Assembly (NCBI GenBank): GCA_963736365.1 | Contig: CAVTOM010000008.1 | Span: forward strand, 23,612-87,611 | Source: an uncultured bacterium | GTDB lineage: Bacteria; Actinomycetota; Actinomycetes; S36-B12 | Length of the DNA stretch: 64,000 nt | Direction of reading: 5' to 3' | In this document: in pieces, positions 9,727 to 20,787 of the stretch | Layout: each line of letters begins with the position of its first letter | Position numbering within the stretch: the stretch's first letter is position 1 | Notes under the pieces: model-generated | Told to the model about the DNA's origin: nothing | Seen by the model: the letters and a program-made list of their open reading frames with translations, nothing else | Databases searched by the model: none | Position numbers and translations under genes: made by a program

Positions 9727-11426
9727 CGTCCCCCGCACCCGACCGCGCGACCGACTGGTGGCGGCATGCCGTCGTCTACCAGGTCTACCCGCGCTCGTTC
9801 GCGGACAGCGACGGAGACGGCATGGGTGACATCCCGGGCCTGATCTCGCGGCTGGACTACCTCTCCGACCTCGGCGTCGACGCGATCTGGGTCTCGCCGT
9901 TCTACACGTCGCCGCTGAACGACGGCGGGTACGACGTCGCGGACTACCGCTCGATCGACGCGCGCCTGGGCACGATGGACGACGTCGACCGCCTGATCGC
10001 CGAGGCGCACGCACGCGACATCCGGATCCTCATGGACATCGTCCCCAACCACAGCAGCAGCGAGCACCCGTGGTTCCAGGAGCTGCTGCATGCCGGGCCG
10101 GGGTCGGCCGAGTGGGACCGGTACATCGTGCGCGAGGGCACGGGCCCGGACCGCGAGACCCCGCCCAACAACTGGAAGAGCGTGTTCCACGGCCGCGGCT
10201 GGTCGCACGTGCGCACACCGGAGGGCGAACCGACGGGGTACTGGTACCTGCACCTGTTCGACACCACGCAGCCGGACCTCAACTGGGAGAACGCCGAGGT
10301 GCGCGCGGAGTTCCGCGACATCCTGCGGTTCTGGTTCGACCGCGGCATCGACGGGTTCCGCATCGACGTCGCGCACGGGCTCGTCAAGCAGGACGGCCTG
10401 CCCGACTACGACTACCCGGACGAGGGCGACCAGCCCATGCAGCCGGAGATGTTCGACCTCGAGGACATCGCGCACGCGCCGTTCTGGGACCAGGACGGCG
10501 TGCACGAGATCTATCGCGAGTGGCGCGCCGTGGCGGACGAGTACGACCCGCCGCGAGTGTTCTGCGGCGAGACGTGGGTCCCGAACCCGGAGCGCCTGGC
10601 CCGTTACCAGCGTCCGGACGAGCTGCACACGTCGTTCAACTTCGCCTACCTCGAGGCCGGCTGGGACGGTCAGCGGATGCGCCAGTCCATCGACGACACC
10701 ATCGCGAACCACGCCCGCGTCGGTGCCCCGCCGACCTGGGTGCTGTCGAACCACGACGTCGTGCGGCACCGCACCCGCATGGCACCCGTCGGGGCCGACG
10801 GCGCGCGGGACCTCGCACGGGGACTGCGCCGGGCGCGTGCGGCGACCCTGTTCACCCTGTCGCTGCCCGGCTCCATGTACCTCTACCAGGGCGAGGAGCT
10901 CGGCCTGCCCGAGGTCACCGACCTCCCGCCGGAGGCGCGGCAGGATCCGGCGTGGCACCGCAGCGGCGGCACCGACGGGACCCGCGACGGCTGTCGGGTC
11001 CCCATCCCGTGGTCCGGCGCCACCGCATCGTTCGGCTTCAACGACGGTGTGAACTCCTGGCTGCCACAGCCGCCGGAGTGGGCCGACGTGTCGGTCGCCA
11101 CGGAACTCGATGTCGACGGCTCGACCCTGGAGCTGTACCGGGCCGCCCTGCGCGTCCGTCGCGAGCAGCCGGCCCTCGGCGAGGGACCGCTGGCGTGGAT
11201 CGACTCCGACCCCGACGTGCTCGCGATCCGGCGTACCGCGGACGACGGCACAGGCGTCCTGTCGGTCATCAACCTCCGTGACGCGACCGCGCACCTGCCG
11301 GCCGACTGGGGCACCGACGTCCTGGTTGCCTCCAGCGACGACGTGGCCGTCGTGACGACCGACGACGAGTCGTCGAGCCTGGCCGTCGGCCCCGAGACGG
11401 CGCTCTGGCTGAGGAGCGCCCGTTAG
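9723..11426 (+). CDS. GH13 alpha-glucosidase
   Basis: WWRHAVVYQVYPRSFADSDGDG, DIVPNH, QPDLNW, GFRIDVAHG, SNHD, YQGEELG, RDGCRVP. Confidence 0.93.
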   Translation: MTSPAPDRATDWWRHAVVYQVYPRSFADSDGDGMGDIPGLISRLDYLSDLGVDAIWVSPFYTSPLNDGGYDVADYRSIDARLGTMDDVDRLIAEAHARDIRILMDIVPNHSSSEHPWFQELLHAGPGSAEWDRYIVREGTGPDRETPPNNWKSVFHGRGWSHVRTPEGEPTGYWYLHLFDTTQPDLNWENAEVRAEFRDILRFWFDRGIDGFRIDVAHGLVKQDGLPDYDYPDEGDQPMQPEMFDLEDIAHAPFWDQDGVHEIYREWRAVADEYDPPRVFCGETWVPNPERLARYQRPDELHTSFNFAYLEAGWDGQRMRQSIDDTIANHARVGAPPTWVLSNHDVVRHRTRMAPVGADGARDLARGLRRARAATLFTLSLPGSMYLYQGEELGLPEVTDLPPEARQDPAWHRSGGTDGTRDGCRVPIPWSGATASFGFNDGVNSWLPQPPEWADVSVATELDVDGSTLELYRAALRVRREQPALGEGPLAWIDSDPDVLAIRRTADDGTGVLSVINLRDATAHLPADWGTDVLVASSDDVAVVTTDDESSSLAVGPETALWLRSAR

Positions 11427-11427
11427 C

Positions 11428-12039
11428 GGGTCGAACGCCGCGCTGGAGGCGATCCTCGCGGACTACCAGCGCTACCACGCGGTCCTCGTCGTCGTCGCCG
11501 GCATCTTCCTCGTGGCCATCGTGGTCCTCGTGGTCGTGTGCTGGCGGGGCATGCGCGCGGCGCGGCGCTCGGCTGCCGGGCGGACGCGTCGCCAGACATG
11601 GACCTATGCCGCCTTCATCACCGGTGGCATCCTGGTCGGTCTCTTCCTGGCCCTGGTGCTCGTGGCGAACCTGAGCACCGTGATCAGTCCCGAGCGTGGC
11701 TTCGCCGGCGTCGACCAGTCGGGCGAGGCCCTCACCGCGTGGCTCGCGTCCGGAAGCCCGTCGATCCCCAGCGCCGTCCAGGAGCAGGTCGACGCCCGGC
11801 TGGCGTGGCAGCGGCCCAAGGCGATCATCGTGACCATCCTGCTGGTGATCACCGTGCTCGGCTCGGTCGCCATCTGGCGCCGGTGGCTGCGCCACACGTA
11901 CGCGTCTCGGGGTGCCAACGCCCTGCTGCTCGCGTCCGGCCTGGTCACCGTCGTCATCGCCCTGCTGCTGATGCTCATGGTCATGGGCAACGTGCAGGCG
12001 TCCCTGGCACCGGTGGCCATCACGCTCGTCCTGGGCTGA
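11428..12039 (+). CDS. Multi-TM hypothetical protein, possibly 5'-truncated
   Basis: Four hydrophobic segments; frame reads protein-like (ALEAILADYQRYHAVLV) upstream of first GTG at 11512 with no clear start. Confidence 0.55.
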   Translation, partial: GSNAALEAILADYQRYHAVLVVVAGIFLVAIVVLVVVCWRGMRAARRSAAGRTRRQTWTYAAFITGGILVGLFLALVLVANLSTVISPERGFAGVDQSGEALTAWLASGSPSIPSAVQEQVDARLAWQRPKAIIVTILLVITVLGSVAIWRRWLRHTYASRGANALLLASGLVTVVIALLLMLMVMGNVQASLAPVAITLVLG

Positions 12040-12093
12040 CGCGTCCGCGACATACACCGCGCCTCATGGCGTGCAACGCCCTAGTCTGACCGC

Positions 12094-13242
12094 GTGGAGG
12101 TCCCCTTCCGCGCCTCCGAGCGCAGCAGCCTCGGAGTCGAGGTCGAGCTGGCCCTCGTCGACGTCGCCGCCGGGCACCTCGTCGGTGCCGCACCAGGCGC
12201 CCTGGCCGACCTGGCTGAGCGCAATGGGGGCATCGAGCACCCACGCATCAAGGCCGAGCTCTACCAGTGCACCCTCGAGGTCATCACCGGCGTGTGCGAC
12301 ACCGTCGCGGACGCCCGCGCCGACCTGCAGCAGGGCATCGACGAGATCCGCGACGTCGTGGAGCCGCAGGGGGTCGATGTCATCAGCGTGGGCCTGCACC
12401 CGTTCACGCCGTGGCAGTCGCAGTCGCGTTCGATCGGCGACCGCTACGACTCGATCGTGGACCGCATCCAATGGCCCGCCAAGCGCCTCATCACGCACGG
12501 CGTGCACTACCACGTGGGCATCCGCTCCGCGGAGAAGTCGATCGCGATCACCAACGCCCTCGCGACGATGCTCCCGGTCTTCCTGGCCCTCTCCTCCTCC
12601 AGCCCCTACTGGCACGGATACGACACCGGCCTCGAGAGCGCGCGCACCAAGGTGTTCGAGGCGCTGCCCTCGACGGGACTCCCCCCGCAGCTGGCCGACT
12701 GGGCGGAGTTCGAGCGCTTCATGTCGTCGCTCATCAACGCCGGTGCGATCACCACCATCCGCGAGGTCTGGTGGGACATCCGGCCGCATCCCAACTTCGG
12801 GACCGTCGAGCTGCGCATGTGCGACGCGATGCCGACGCTGCGGGAGACGTGCGCGCTGGCCGCCCTCGCCCAGTGCGCGGTCGCCCGCTATGACGAGCTG
12901 CTCGACCGCGGCTACCGGCTGCCGACCGAGCGCGACTGGGTCCTGCGCGAGAACAAGTGGCGGGCCGCCCGCTTCGGGCTCGGGGCGTCCCTCGTCGTCG
13001 ACTCGCTGGGCCGGACCCGTCCGATCACCAACCTGATCGAGGAGGCCGTGGAGGAACTCACCCCGTTCGCGCGCCGCCTGGACTGCGCCGACGAGCTGGC
13101 CGCCGTGCTCGACATCATCGACACCGGCACGAGCTCGACCCGGCAGCGTCGGGTCGAGGAGCGCAGCGGATCCCTGGTCGACGTCGTGACCGCGCTGCGC
13201 GCCGAGCTCCGAACGGACACCCCGGGGGCGACGAGCCTGTGA
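12094..13242 (+). CDS. Carboxylate-amine ligase, YbdK/GCS2 family
   Basis: SLGVEVE, GLHPF, GVHYHVG, SSSSPYW.G.DTG, WWDIRPHPNFGTVELRMCD, ENKWRAARFG; TAGTCT 6 nt upstream. Confidence 0.92.
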   Translation: MEVPFRASERSSLGVEVELALVDVAAGHLVGAAPGALADLAERNGGIEHPRIKAELYQCTLEVITGVCDTVADARADLQQGIDEIRDVVEPQGVDVISVGLHPFTPWQSQSRSIGDRYDSIVDRIQWPAKRLITHGVHYHVGIRSAEKSIAITNALATMLPVFLALSSSSPYWHGYDTGLESARTKVFEALPSTGLPPQLADWAEFERFMSSLINAGAITTIREVWWDIRPHPNFGTVELRMCDAMPTLRETCALAALAQCAVARYDELLDRGYRLPTERDWVLRENKWRAARFGLGASLVVDSLGRTRPITNLIEEAVEELTPFARRLDCADELAAVLDIIDTGTSSTRQRRVEERSGSLVDVVTALRAELRTDTPGATSL

Positions 13243-14453
13243 CGCACCTCGCCGCCGACGTGGCAGCCCATGCGCACGAGCTGGTGGCGCTGCGACGCAC
13301 CCTCCACGCGCAGCCGGAGGCCTCGGGTGCCGAGCACCTCACCACGGAGATCCTCGCCGAGCGGCTGGCCGTCGAGGGGCTGATGCCCGTGGTCCTGCGA
13401 TCCGGCACGGGCCTCACCTGCGACATCTCCCTCGATCCGCGCGTGGCGGCCGACCCGGCCACGATGCCCGCGGTCGCGCTTCGTGCCGACATCGACGGCC
13501 TGGCCATGGACGACGAGGTGGACGCGCCCTACCGGTCGCGGTTCCCCGGACTCGCTCACGCCTGCGGGCACGACGTGCACGCCAGCGTGGTGCTGGGCGC
13601 AGGTCTGGCGCTGCTCGCCGAGCGCGAGCGGAACCCGCGCGCCGCGATGGTGCGACTGATCTTCGAGCCGGCGGAGGAGGCGGTGCCGGGGGGCGCGGTC
13701 GACGTCATCGCGGAAGGCTGGCTCGACCACATCCGCTCGATCTACGGGGTCCATTGCGACCCGAAGCTCGATGTGGGCAGCCTGGGCCTGCGGACCGGTC
13801 CGCTCACGGCGGCCGCCGACCAGTTCCTCCTCACGCTCAGCGGCCCCGGCGGGCACACCGCGCGACCCCGCGCCACGGTCGACCTCGTGCGCTGGGCGGC
13901 CCGCGTCGCCGATCGGCTGTGGGACGTCGTCCAGGCGGAGTCCGCGACGCCGGTGACTTTGGTGCTCGGCTCACTCCGCGCTGGGGCTGCCGCCAACGTC
14001 ATCCCGTCGCGAGCCACCCTGCGCGGGTCGTTCCGCACAGCCGACCGGGACACGTGGGCGCACGGCGAGCGACTCGTGAGGTCGGCCCTGCACCGCATCC
14101 TCGGAGACGAGGACATCGGCGCCGCGCCGGGGTGGGATCTCGACTACACGCGGGGGCTGCCACCGGTCGTGAACGACGCCGGCACGACCGAGCTGGTCCG
14201 CAGCGTCGTCCGCCGGGAGTTCGGCCCGGACGCGGCGGTGCCGACCCCGCAGTCCATGGGCGGGGACTCCTTCGCCTGGTACACCGAGCAGGTGCCGGGG
14301 ACCTATGTACGCCTCGGCACGCACGACCCGGAGTCCGGACGCGACCGCGGCGACCTGCACTCGGCGACCTTCGACGTCGACGAGCGGGCGATCGCCATCG
14401 GCGCCCGGCTGCTCGCCGCCTGCGCCCTGGCCGCCCTCCCCCCTCTTCGTTGA
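13239..14453 (+). CDS. M20 family amidohydrolase
   Basis: LRRTLHAQPE, LRADIDGL, HACGHDVH, FEPAEE, GGHTARP, LHSATFD. Confidence 0.9.
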   Translation: MTHLAADVAAHAHELVALRRTLHAQPEASGAEHLTTEILAERLAVEGLMPVVLRSGTGLTCDISLDPRVAADPATMPAVALRADIDGLAMDDEVDAPYRSRFPGLAHACGHDVHASVVLGAGLALLAERERNPRAAMVRLIFEPAEEAVPGGAVDVIAEGWLDHIRSIYGVHCDPKLDVGSLGLRTGPLTAAADQFLLTLSGPGGHTARPRATVDLVRWAARVADRLWDVVQAESATPVTLVLGSLRAGAAANVIPSRATLRGSFRTADRDTWAHGERLVRSALHRILGDEDIGAAPGWDLDYTRGLPPVVNDAGTTELVRSVVRREFGPDAAVPTPQSMGGDSFAWYTEQVPGTYVRLGTHDPESGRDRGDLHSATFDVDERAIAIGARLLAACALAALPPLR

Positions 14454-14512
14454 GTGGCGACTTGTGGGCGCCCTAGCCGGCTCTGAGACGCCCACAAGTC
14501 GCCACTCAACGA
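14447..14512. repeat. REP-like palindrome, copy 2 (24-bp perfect arms, 18-nt loop, GGGAGGGA tail)
   Basis: TCGTTGAGTGGCGACTTGTGGGCG (14447-14470) pairs with CGCCCACAAGTCGCCACTCAACGA (14489-14512). Confidence 0.9.
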
Positions 14513-14525
14513 GGGAGGGACCGGG

Positions 14526-15188
14526 CTAGCGGACGACGTGCAGCGCGAGCCGGGCGGCCGGCCCGGCGGCGTAGACGAAGACCTGCCCCCGCGGGGTGCT
14601 CAACCGCTTCCAGGGGCCACTCACCGCGGCCGACACCTTGGCCCGGTCCGTGGTGATCATGCCGAGCTGACGGGCCGCGTGCAGCGCCCGCAGCGGCAGG
14701 CCGCCGAAGGCCGGCCGCTCCCAGATCTCCTCGGCCACGATCTCCTGCGCGCGCGGCGGCAGCCCGGCCGAGCGCTGCTCGAACTCCGACGAGGCCTCGT
14801 CCACGATCGGCACGAGGTCGCCGGCCACCCCGAAGATGGGCAGCTGCCATCCGCTCGACGGGGGCAGGTGCGACAGCGACGGCGGGAGCCCGCCGGGCAG
14901 CTGCACGGTGGGCAGGCCGGCCACCGGCAGCGCGCCGCCGGCGCGCGAGGCGAGCAGATCGGCCAGGTCGTCGAGCCGGACGACAGCGTCCAGGGCATCC
15001 GACGGGTCGACCGGGGCCGCGGTCGGCACCGCGACGAACACCAGGACCCCCAGCGGAGGGACGGTGAAGACACCCAGCGCCCGCGCCGCCGTGACGACGC
15101 GCGCCGGCATCGTCGCGTCCCACCGCACCTGGCGCCGGCAGAAGCCCTCGAGCGCGCGTGCCTCGGGCTCGGCCAGGCGGATTGTCAC
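14526..15188 (-). CDS. Conserved actinobacterial hypothetical protein (Rv2474c-like)
   Basis: LPPSSGW, LRALHAA..LG, GPWKRLSTPRGQV; position after the thioesterase in the ettA operon. Confidence 0.65.
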   Translation of the reverse strand: MTIRLAEPEARALEGFCRRQVRWDATMPARVVTAARALGVFTVPPLGVLVFVAVPTAAPVDPSDALDAVVRLDDLADLLASRAGGALPVAGLPTVQLPGGLPPSLSHLPPSSGWQLPIFGVAGDLVPIVDEASSEFEQRSAGLPPRAQEIVAEEIWERPAFGGLPLRALHAARQLGMITTDRAKVSAAVSGPWKRLSTPRGQVFVYAAGPAARLALHVVR

Positions 15189-15190
15189 CG

Positions 15191-15592
15191 TCAGATTGTC
15201 AGCGGCTCGAGGAGTGCCCGCAACTCCGCATGGATGCGGATGGGCCGGCCGGACTCCGGATCGACCACGGCCATCAGCGTCGACGCCTCGGCGGCGAGGT
15301 CGCCGTGCTCGTCGAGGATGCGATAGCCGATCGTGTAGGACGACTTGCCGAGGTGCACGATCCACGTCTCGATGATGATGGGCTCCGGGGAGAGCAGCAG
15401 CGGCTTGCGGTGCGTGATCTCCTGCTTGACCACGACCTGCGCGAACGTGGCTGAGCGCACGAGGTCGAGGTCGTGCACCATGCCCATGCGCGCCTCTTGC
15501 AGGTAGTCATGGAACACCACGTTGTTGACGTGCCCCAACGGGTCAAGGTCGCTGAACCGCCGGTGGACCGGGACGCGCAGCACGTGTGGCAT
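15191..15592 (-). CDS. Acyl-CoA thioesterase (4HBT/hotdog fold)
   Basis: RFSDLDPLGHVNNVVFHDYLQEAR. Confidence 0.9.
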   Translation of the reverse strand: MPHVLRVPVHRRFSDLDPLGHVNNVVFHDYLQEARMGMVHDLDLVRSATFAQVVVKQEITHRKPLLLSPEPIIIETWIVHLGKSSYTIGYRILDEHGDLAAEASTLMAVVDPESGRPIRIHAELRALLEPLTI

Positions 15593-15594
15593 GC

Positions 15595-17292
<1,698 letters not shown>

Positions 17293-17355
17293 AGCGACTG
17301 AGCCTAGTGGGGCGGCCGTGGGCGCCGAGGACGTGCTCGGCGCCCAGGGCCCCGA

Positions 17356-17553
17356 TCAGGCGGCCCGCCCCCTGGCCGGCAGGACATAGGCCAGCAGCAC
17401 GCCCAGGACGGCGACGCCGAGGGCGAAGACCGCCAGCCACACCACCGTCATCGGCAGGATGCCGAAGACGAACAGCAGCAGCACGGCGCCCAGCCCGAGG
17501 AACAGGCCGGTGAAGAACCCCAGCACGGGATGCCTGCGCACCTTCATGGTCAC
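17356..17553 (-). CDS. Small two-TM membrane protein
   Basis: 65 aa, two hydrophobic helices, overlaps stop of upstream gene. Confidence 0.7.
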   Translation of the reverse strand: MTMKVRRHPVLGFFTGLFLGLGAVLLLFVFGILPMTVVWLAVFALGVAVLGVLLAYVLPARGRAA

Positions 17554-18158
17554 ACCTTCCCTCCTGCGCCGGCGGCCACCCCTGCCACACCAGCAGCGGT
17601 CGCCTTCGTCGCGAACAGCATCGTGAAGGCCATCACCAGCCCGAGGAACACGAAGGCGACGCCCGCGTAGAACATGGGTGCCGATGTCGGTGCGCCCGTC
17701 CCGGTGATGTAGCCGCTGGCGGTGCAGGTGCCGCCCGATCCGGTGATCGTGCCGGCGACCGGGATCACCACGTCACCCTGCAGCGCCCACGACAGCGGGG
17801 TCGCCAGCGCCGACAGGTCCTGGACCCCTTCGGCCGACGTGGCCGCGTCGGCATTGTCGAACGCGCCGCTCAGGGCCGTGACGCCCATGATGGTCACGCT
17901 CCACGTGCCGTCCGTGATGGCAGCGTCCGTGCTGCCCTGCCAGGCCACCATGCCCGCCGGGTCGATCGGCAGCGGGTCCTGCTGCGTACCGCCCTCGCCG
18001 GGTGCCTGTGCCGTTCCGAGTTGCGTTCCCGAACCGTCCGTCGACACGACCGACCCTGAGCAGCCCGTGGCGTCCGCGCCGAAGGCAGCGGACACCGGGA
18101 ACACGAGAGCAAGGACTGCAGCGCCGGCCGCGATGGCGATTCGATGTCGTCGATCCAT
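17550..18158 (-). CDS. Secreted protein with C-terminal membrane anchor
   Basis: Signal peptide (..SAAFGA), two Cys, beta-rich core, C-terminal TM; GGAGG RBS. Confidence 0.7.
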   Translation of the reverse strand: MDRRHRIAIAAGAAVLALVFPVSAAFGADATGCSGSVVSTDGSGTQLGTAQAPGEGGTQQDPLPIDPAGMVAWQGSTDAAITDGTWSVTIMGVTALSGAFDNADAATSAEGVQDLSALATPLSWALQGDVVIPVAGTITGSGGTCTASGYITGTGAPTSAPMFYAGVAFVFLGLVMAFTMLFATKATAAGVAGVAAGAGGKV

Positions 18159-18260
18159 CGCGCCTCCCCTCCACGGGGCTGGCCCGACCGATGCCGGGCC
18201 GGCACCTTCAGGGTAGAAGGGGCCGCGGCGGGAGTCCCGCCGACCGACTCGGGCAGTGGC

Positions 18261-18753
18261 TCAGGCGGCGGGCTCGGTCAGGATCTCGCCGGTCTCCGGG
18301 TCGACCACCTCGGCGTCGGCCAGGCCGGCCTGGGCCATCACGTCGGCCAGCGACCGGCGCTCGCTCTCGATGACGGCCTCGCGCTTGACCCGCGTGAACG
18401 ACGCCACCCCCCGGGCCAGATCCGGTCCCACGCTCGTGGCCTCGATGTCGCACGTAGCGCACGGTGTGCGAGTGATCGGTGCACGCCCGCTGGACCTCGC
18501 GGCTGCGCATGCGACCCACCACCACGACCGGCATCCCCTTGGTCAGGGTCTGGACGACGTTGTGCGCGAGGCCACGCCAGCAGGAGACGCTGAAGTAGTG
18601 GGTGTCCCCGTCCACCCAGCGCTCGCTCTGGCGGTCGAACCGCCGGGTGCCCGAGGCCACTCGGAAGGAGGCGACCGGCTCACCCGCCTTCGTGAACCGC
18701 AGCTCCACGTCGTTCACGACGTTCCCGACGACGTGCAAGGTGATGTCGTTCAT
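18261..18753 (-). CDS. ssb: Single-stranded DNA-binding protein paralog (SsbB-type); frameshift near 18450
   Basis: VGNV..DVELRFT, ASFRVAS..RRFD, VSCWR.LA.NV, KGMPVVVVG, DIEATSVGPDLARG; no DDxPF acidic tip. Confidence 0.88.
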
Positions 18754-18957
18754 GGCCCGCTCCTGCTCAGTCCCCGGGTGGTCCCGGCTGCCGATCACGG
18801 TTCCGTGCCACCCCACACCGTGCCACGGTCCACCCGCAGGCTGTGCACGTCCGACCGGCATCGGGGCACGGTGGGGATCGCGGGCCGGGCCCGCGCCCCA
18901 ACAGCGAATCCCTTGCAGGTGCGGAGCCCCCGACCGCACGCCGGGCGACCGTCCCCC

Positions 18958-18963
18958 TAGGTT
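18958..18963 (+). promoter_or_regulatory. -10 element for leaderless leader-peptide transcript
   Basis: TAGGTT 6 nt before ATG 18970. Confidence 0.6.
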
Positions 18964-18969
18964 CTGCGC

Positions 18970-19041
18970 ATGATCGCACTCGCAGCCATCCGACGTATTC
19001 ACGTCGACCTCATGCGCGTGTGCTCCATGTCCTGTCGATAG
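18970..19041 (+). CDS. Cys-containing leader peptide MIALAAIRRIHVDLMRVCSMSCR
   Basis: Translated by hand; RRxHVDLxR motif plus terminal Cys; lies 72 nt upstream of sulfite reductase. Confidence 0.8.
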   Translation: MIALAAIRRIHVDLMRVCSMSCR

Positions 19042-19113
19042 GCGCCCGCACATTCGGCCGCCCGACCGGCGGCCCGTTCGCTGCCGCCTCCGCTTTCGAC
19101 GAAGGACCCTCCC

Positions 19114-20787
19114 ATGCAGGACGTCTCCAGCAGCGCCACCCTCAAGCCCGGCCAGGGCCAGTGGGCGGCCGGTGACCGCACGCCCCTGAACCCGAACGAG
19201 GCCATGAAGGCCGACGACGACGGTCTCAACGTGCGCGAGCGCGTCGAGACCGTCTACGCGCTCGAGGGCTTCGCCTCGATCCCGCGCTCCGACCTGACCG
19301 GTCGGCTGCGCTGGTGGGGCCTGTACACGCAGCGCAAGCCGGGGATCGACGGCGGCAAGACCGCCACGCTCGAGCCCGAGGAGCTCGAGGACGAGTACTT
19401 CATGATGCGGGTGCGCTCCGACGGCGGCCGGCTGACCCTCGCGCAGCTGCGCACCATCGCCACCATCTCCACCGAGTTCGGCCGCGACACCGCGGACATC
19501 TCCGACCGGCAGAACATCCAGCTGCACTGGATCCGCATCGAGGACGTGCCGGAGATCTGGCGCCGGCTGGAGGCCGTCGGGCTGTCGAGCGCCGAGGCGT
19601 GCGGCGACGTGCCCCGCGTGATCCTCGGCTCGCCCGTCGCCGGTGTCGCCATCGACGAGATCATCGACGGCACTCCCGCGATCGACGAGATCCTGCGCCG
19701 CCACCTGCTCGATCCCGCGTACTCGAACCTGCCCCGCAAGTTCAAGTCGGCCATCAGCGGGTCCCCGAAGCTCGACGTGGCCCACGAGATCAACGACATC
19801 TCCTTCGTCGGCGTGGTCCACCCCGAGCACGGTCCGGGCTTCGACCTGTGGGTCGGCGGCGGCCTGTCGACCAACCCGCACCTCGCGGTGCGCCTCGGGG
19901 CCTGGGTCCCGCTCGAGGAGGTCCCGGACGTCTGGGCCGGAGTCATCTCGATCTTCCGCGACTACGGCTACCGCCGCCTGCGCACCAAGGCCCGCCTGAA
20001 GTTCCTCGTCAAGGACTGGGGGGCCGAGCAGTTCCGGCAGGTGCTCGAGACCGAGTACCTCGGTCGACCGCTGCTCGACGGCCCAGCGCCGGACGGGCCG
20101 ATCCACGGACGCCGCGATCACGTGGGCGTGCACCTGCAGCGCGACGGCCACCTCTACGTGGGTGCCGCGCCGACGGTGGGCCGGCTGAGCGGATCCCGGC
20201 TGACCGCGCTGGCCGACCTGGCCGAGGCCGCCGGGTCGGACCGCGTGGCGCTGACCGCCGAGCAGAAGGTGGTCGTGCTCGACGTCGACCCGCTCGCCGT
20301 GGACGCCCTGGTCGCGGGTCTGCAGGCCATCCACCTCGAGGTCGAGGACGTGTCGCCGTTCCGCCGCAACACGATGGCCTGCACCGGCGTCGAGTACTGC
20401 AAGCTCGCCATCGTCGAGACGAAGGCCCGGGCAGCGGACCTGATCAGCACGCTTGAGGCACGCCTGCCCGAGTACAGGCTGCCGCTCGCGGTCCACGTCA
20501 ACGGCTGCCCCAACTCCTGCGCGCGCATCCAGGTGGCGGACATCGGGCTCAAGGGCATCCGCGCCCTCGACAGGGACGGCAACGACGTGGAGGGCTTCCA
20601 GGTGCACCTGGGCGGCCGGCTCGGCCAGGAGGCCGGCTTCGGCCGGTCGGTCAAGGGCCTGCGGCTTCCGGCAGACGAGCTTCCGGACTACGTCGAGCGC
20701 CTCGTGCGGGCCTTCGAGGACGACCGCACCGAGGACGAGACCTTCAGCGAATGGGTCGTCCGGGCCGACGAGGGGGTCCTGTCGTGA
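19114..20787 (+). CDS. sirA: Ferredoxin-dependent sulfite reductase
   Basis: WWGLYTQRK, RQNIQLHW, EACGDVPR, LPRKFK, CTGVEYC and NGCPNSC cluster/siroheme ligands; followed by cysH. Confidence 0.93.
   Translation: MQDVSSSATLKPGQGQWAAGDRTPLNPNEAMKADDDGLNVRERVETVYALEGFASIPRSDLTGRLRWWGLYTQRKPGIDGGKTATLEPEELEDEYFMMRVRSDGGRLTLAQLRTIATISTEFGRDTADISDRQNIQLHWIRIEDVPEIWRRLEAVGLSSAEACGDVPRVILGSPVAGVAIDEIIDGTPAIDEILRRHLLDPAYSNLPRKFKSAISGSPKLDVAHEINDISFVGVVHPEHGPGFDLWVGGGLSTNPHLAVRLGAWVPLEEVPDVWAGVISIFRDYGYRRLRTKARLKFLVKDWGAEQFRQVLETEYLGRPLLDGPAPDGPIHGRRDHVGVHLQRDGHLYVGAAPTVGRLSGSRLTALADLAEAAGSDRVALTAEQKVVVLDVDPLAVDALVAGLQAIHLEVEDVSPFRRNTMACTGVEYCKLAIVETKARAADLISTLEARLPEYRLPLAVHVNGCPNSCARIQVADIGLKGIRALDRDGNDVEGFQVHLGGRLGQEAGFGRSVKGLRLPADELPDYVERLVRAFEDDRTEDETFSEWVVRADEGVLS

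Noticed and set aside
7798-11426. Apparent fusions in the ORF track (SDR-globin 642 aa, 901-aa glucosidase; also cysG-sirB-hemA and fmh-recQ)
   Set aside because: Artefacts of frameshifts and stop-poor frames; each gene has its own overlapping start and stop
18800-18880. Degenerate DnaA-box-like words and CCGTGCCAC duplication upstream of ssb
   Set aside because: Matches too weak to separate from GC-rich background
18754-19113. SAM or other riboswitch upstream of the sulfur operon
   Set aside because: No recognisable SAM-I/IV core; the leader peptide explains the region (an Rfam scan would settle it)
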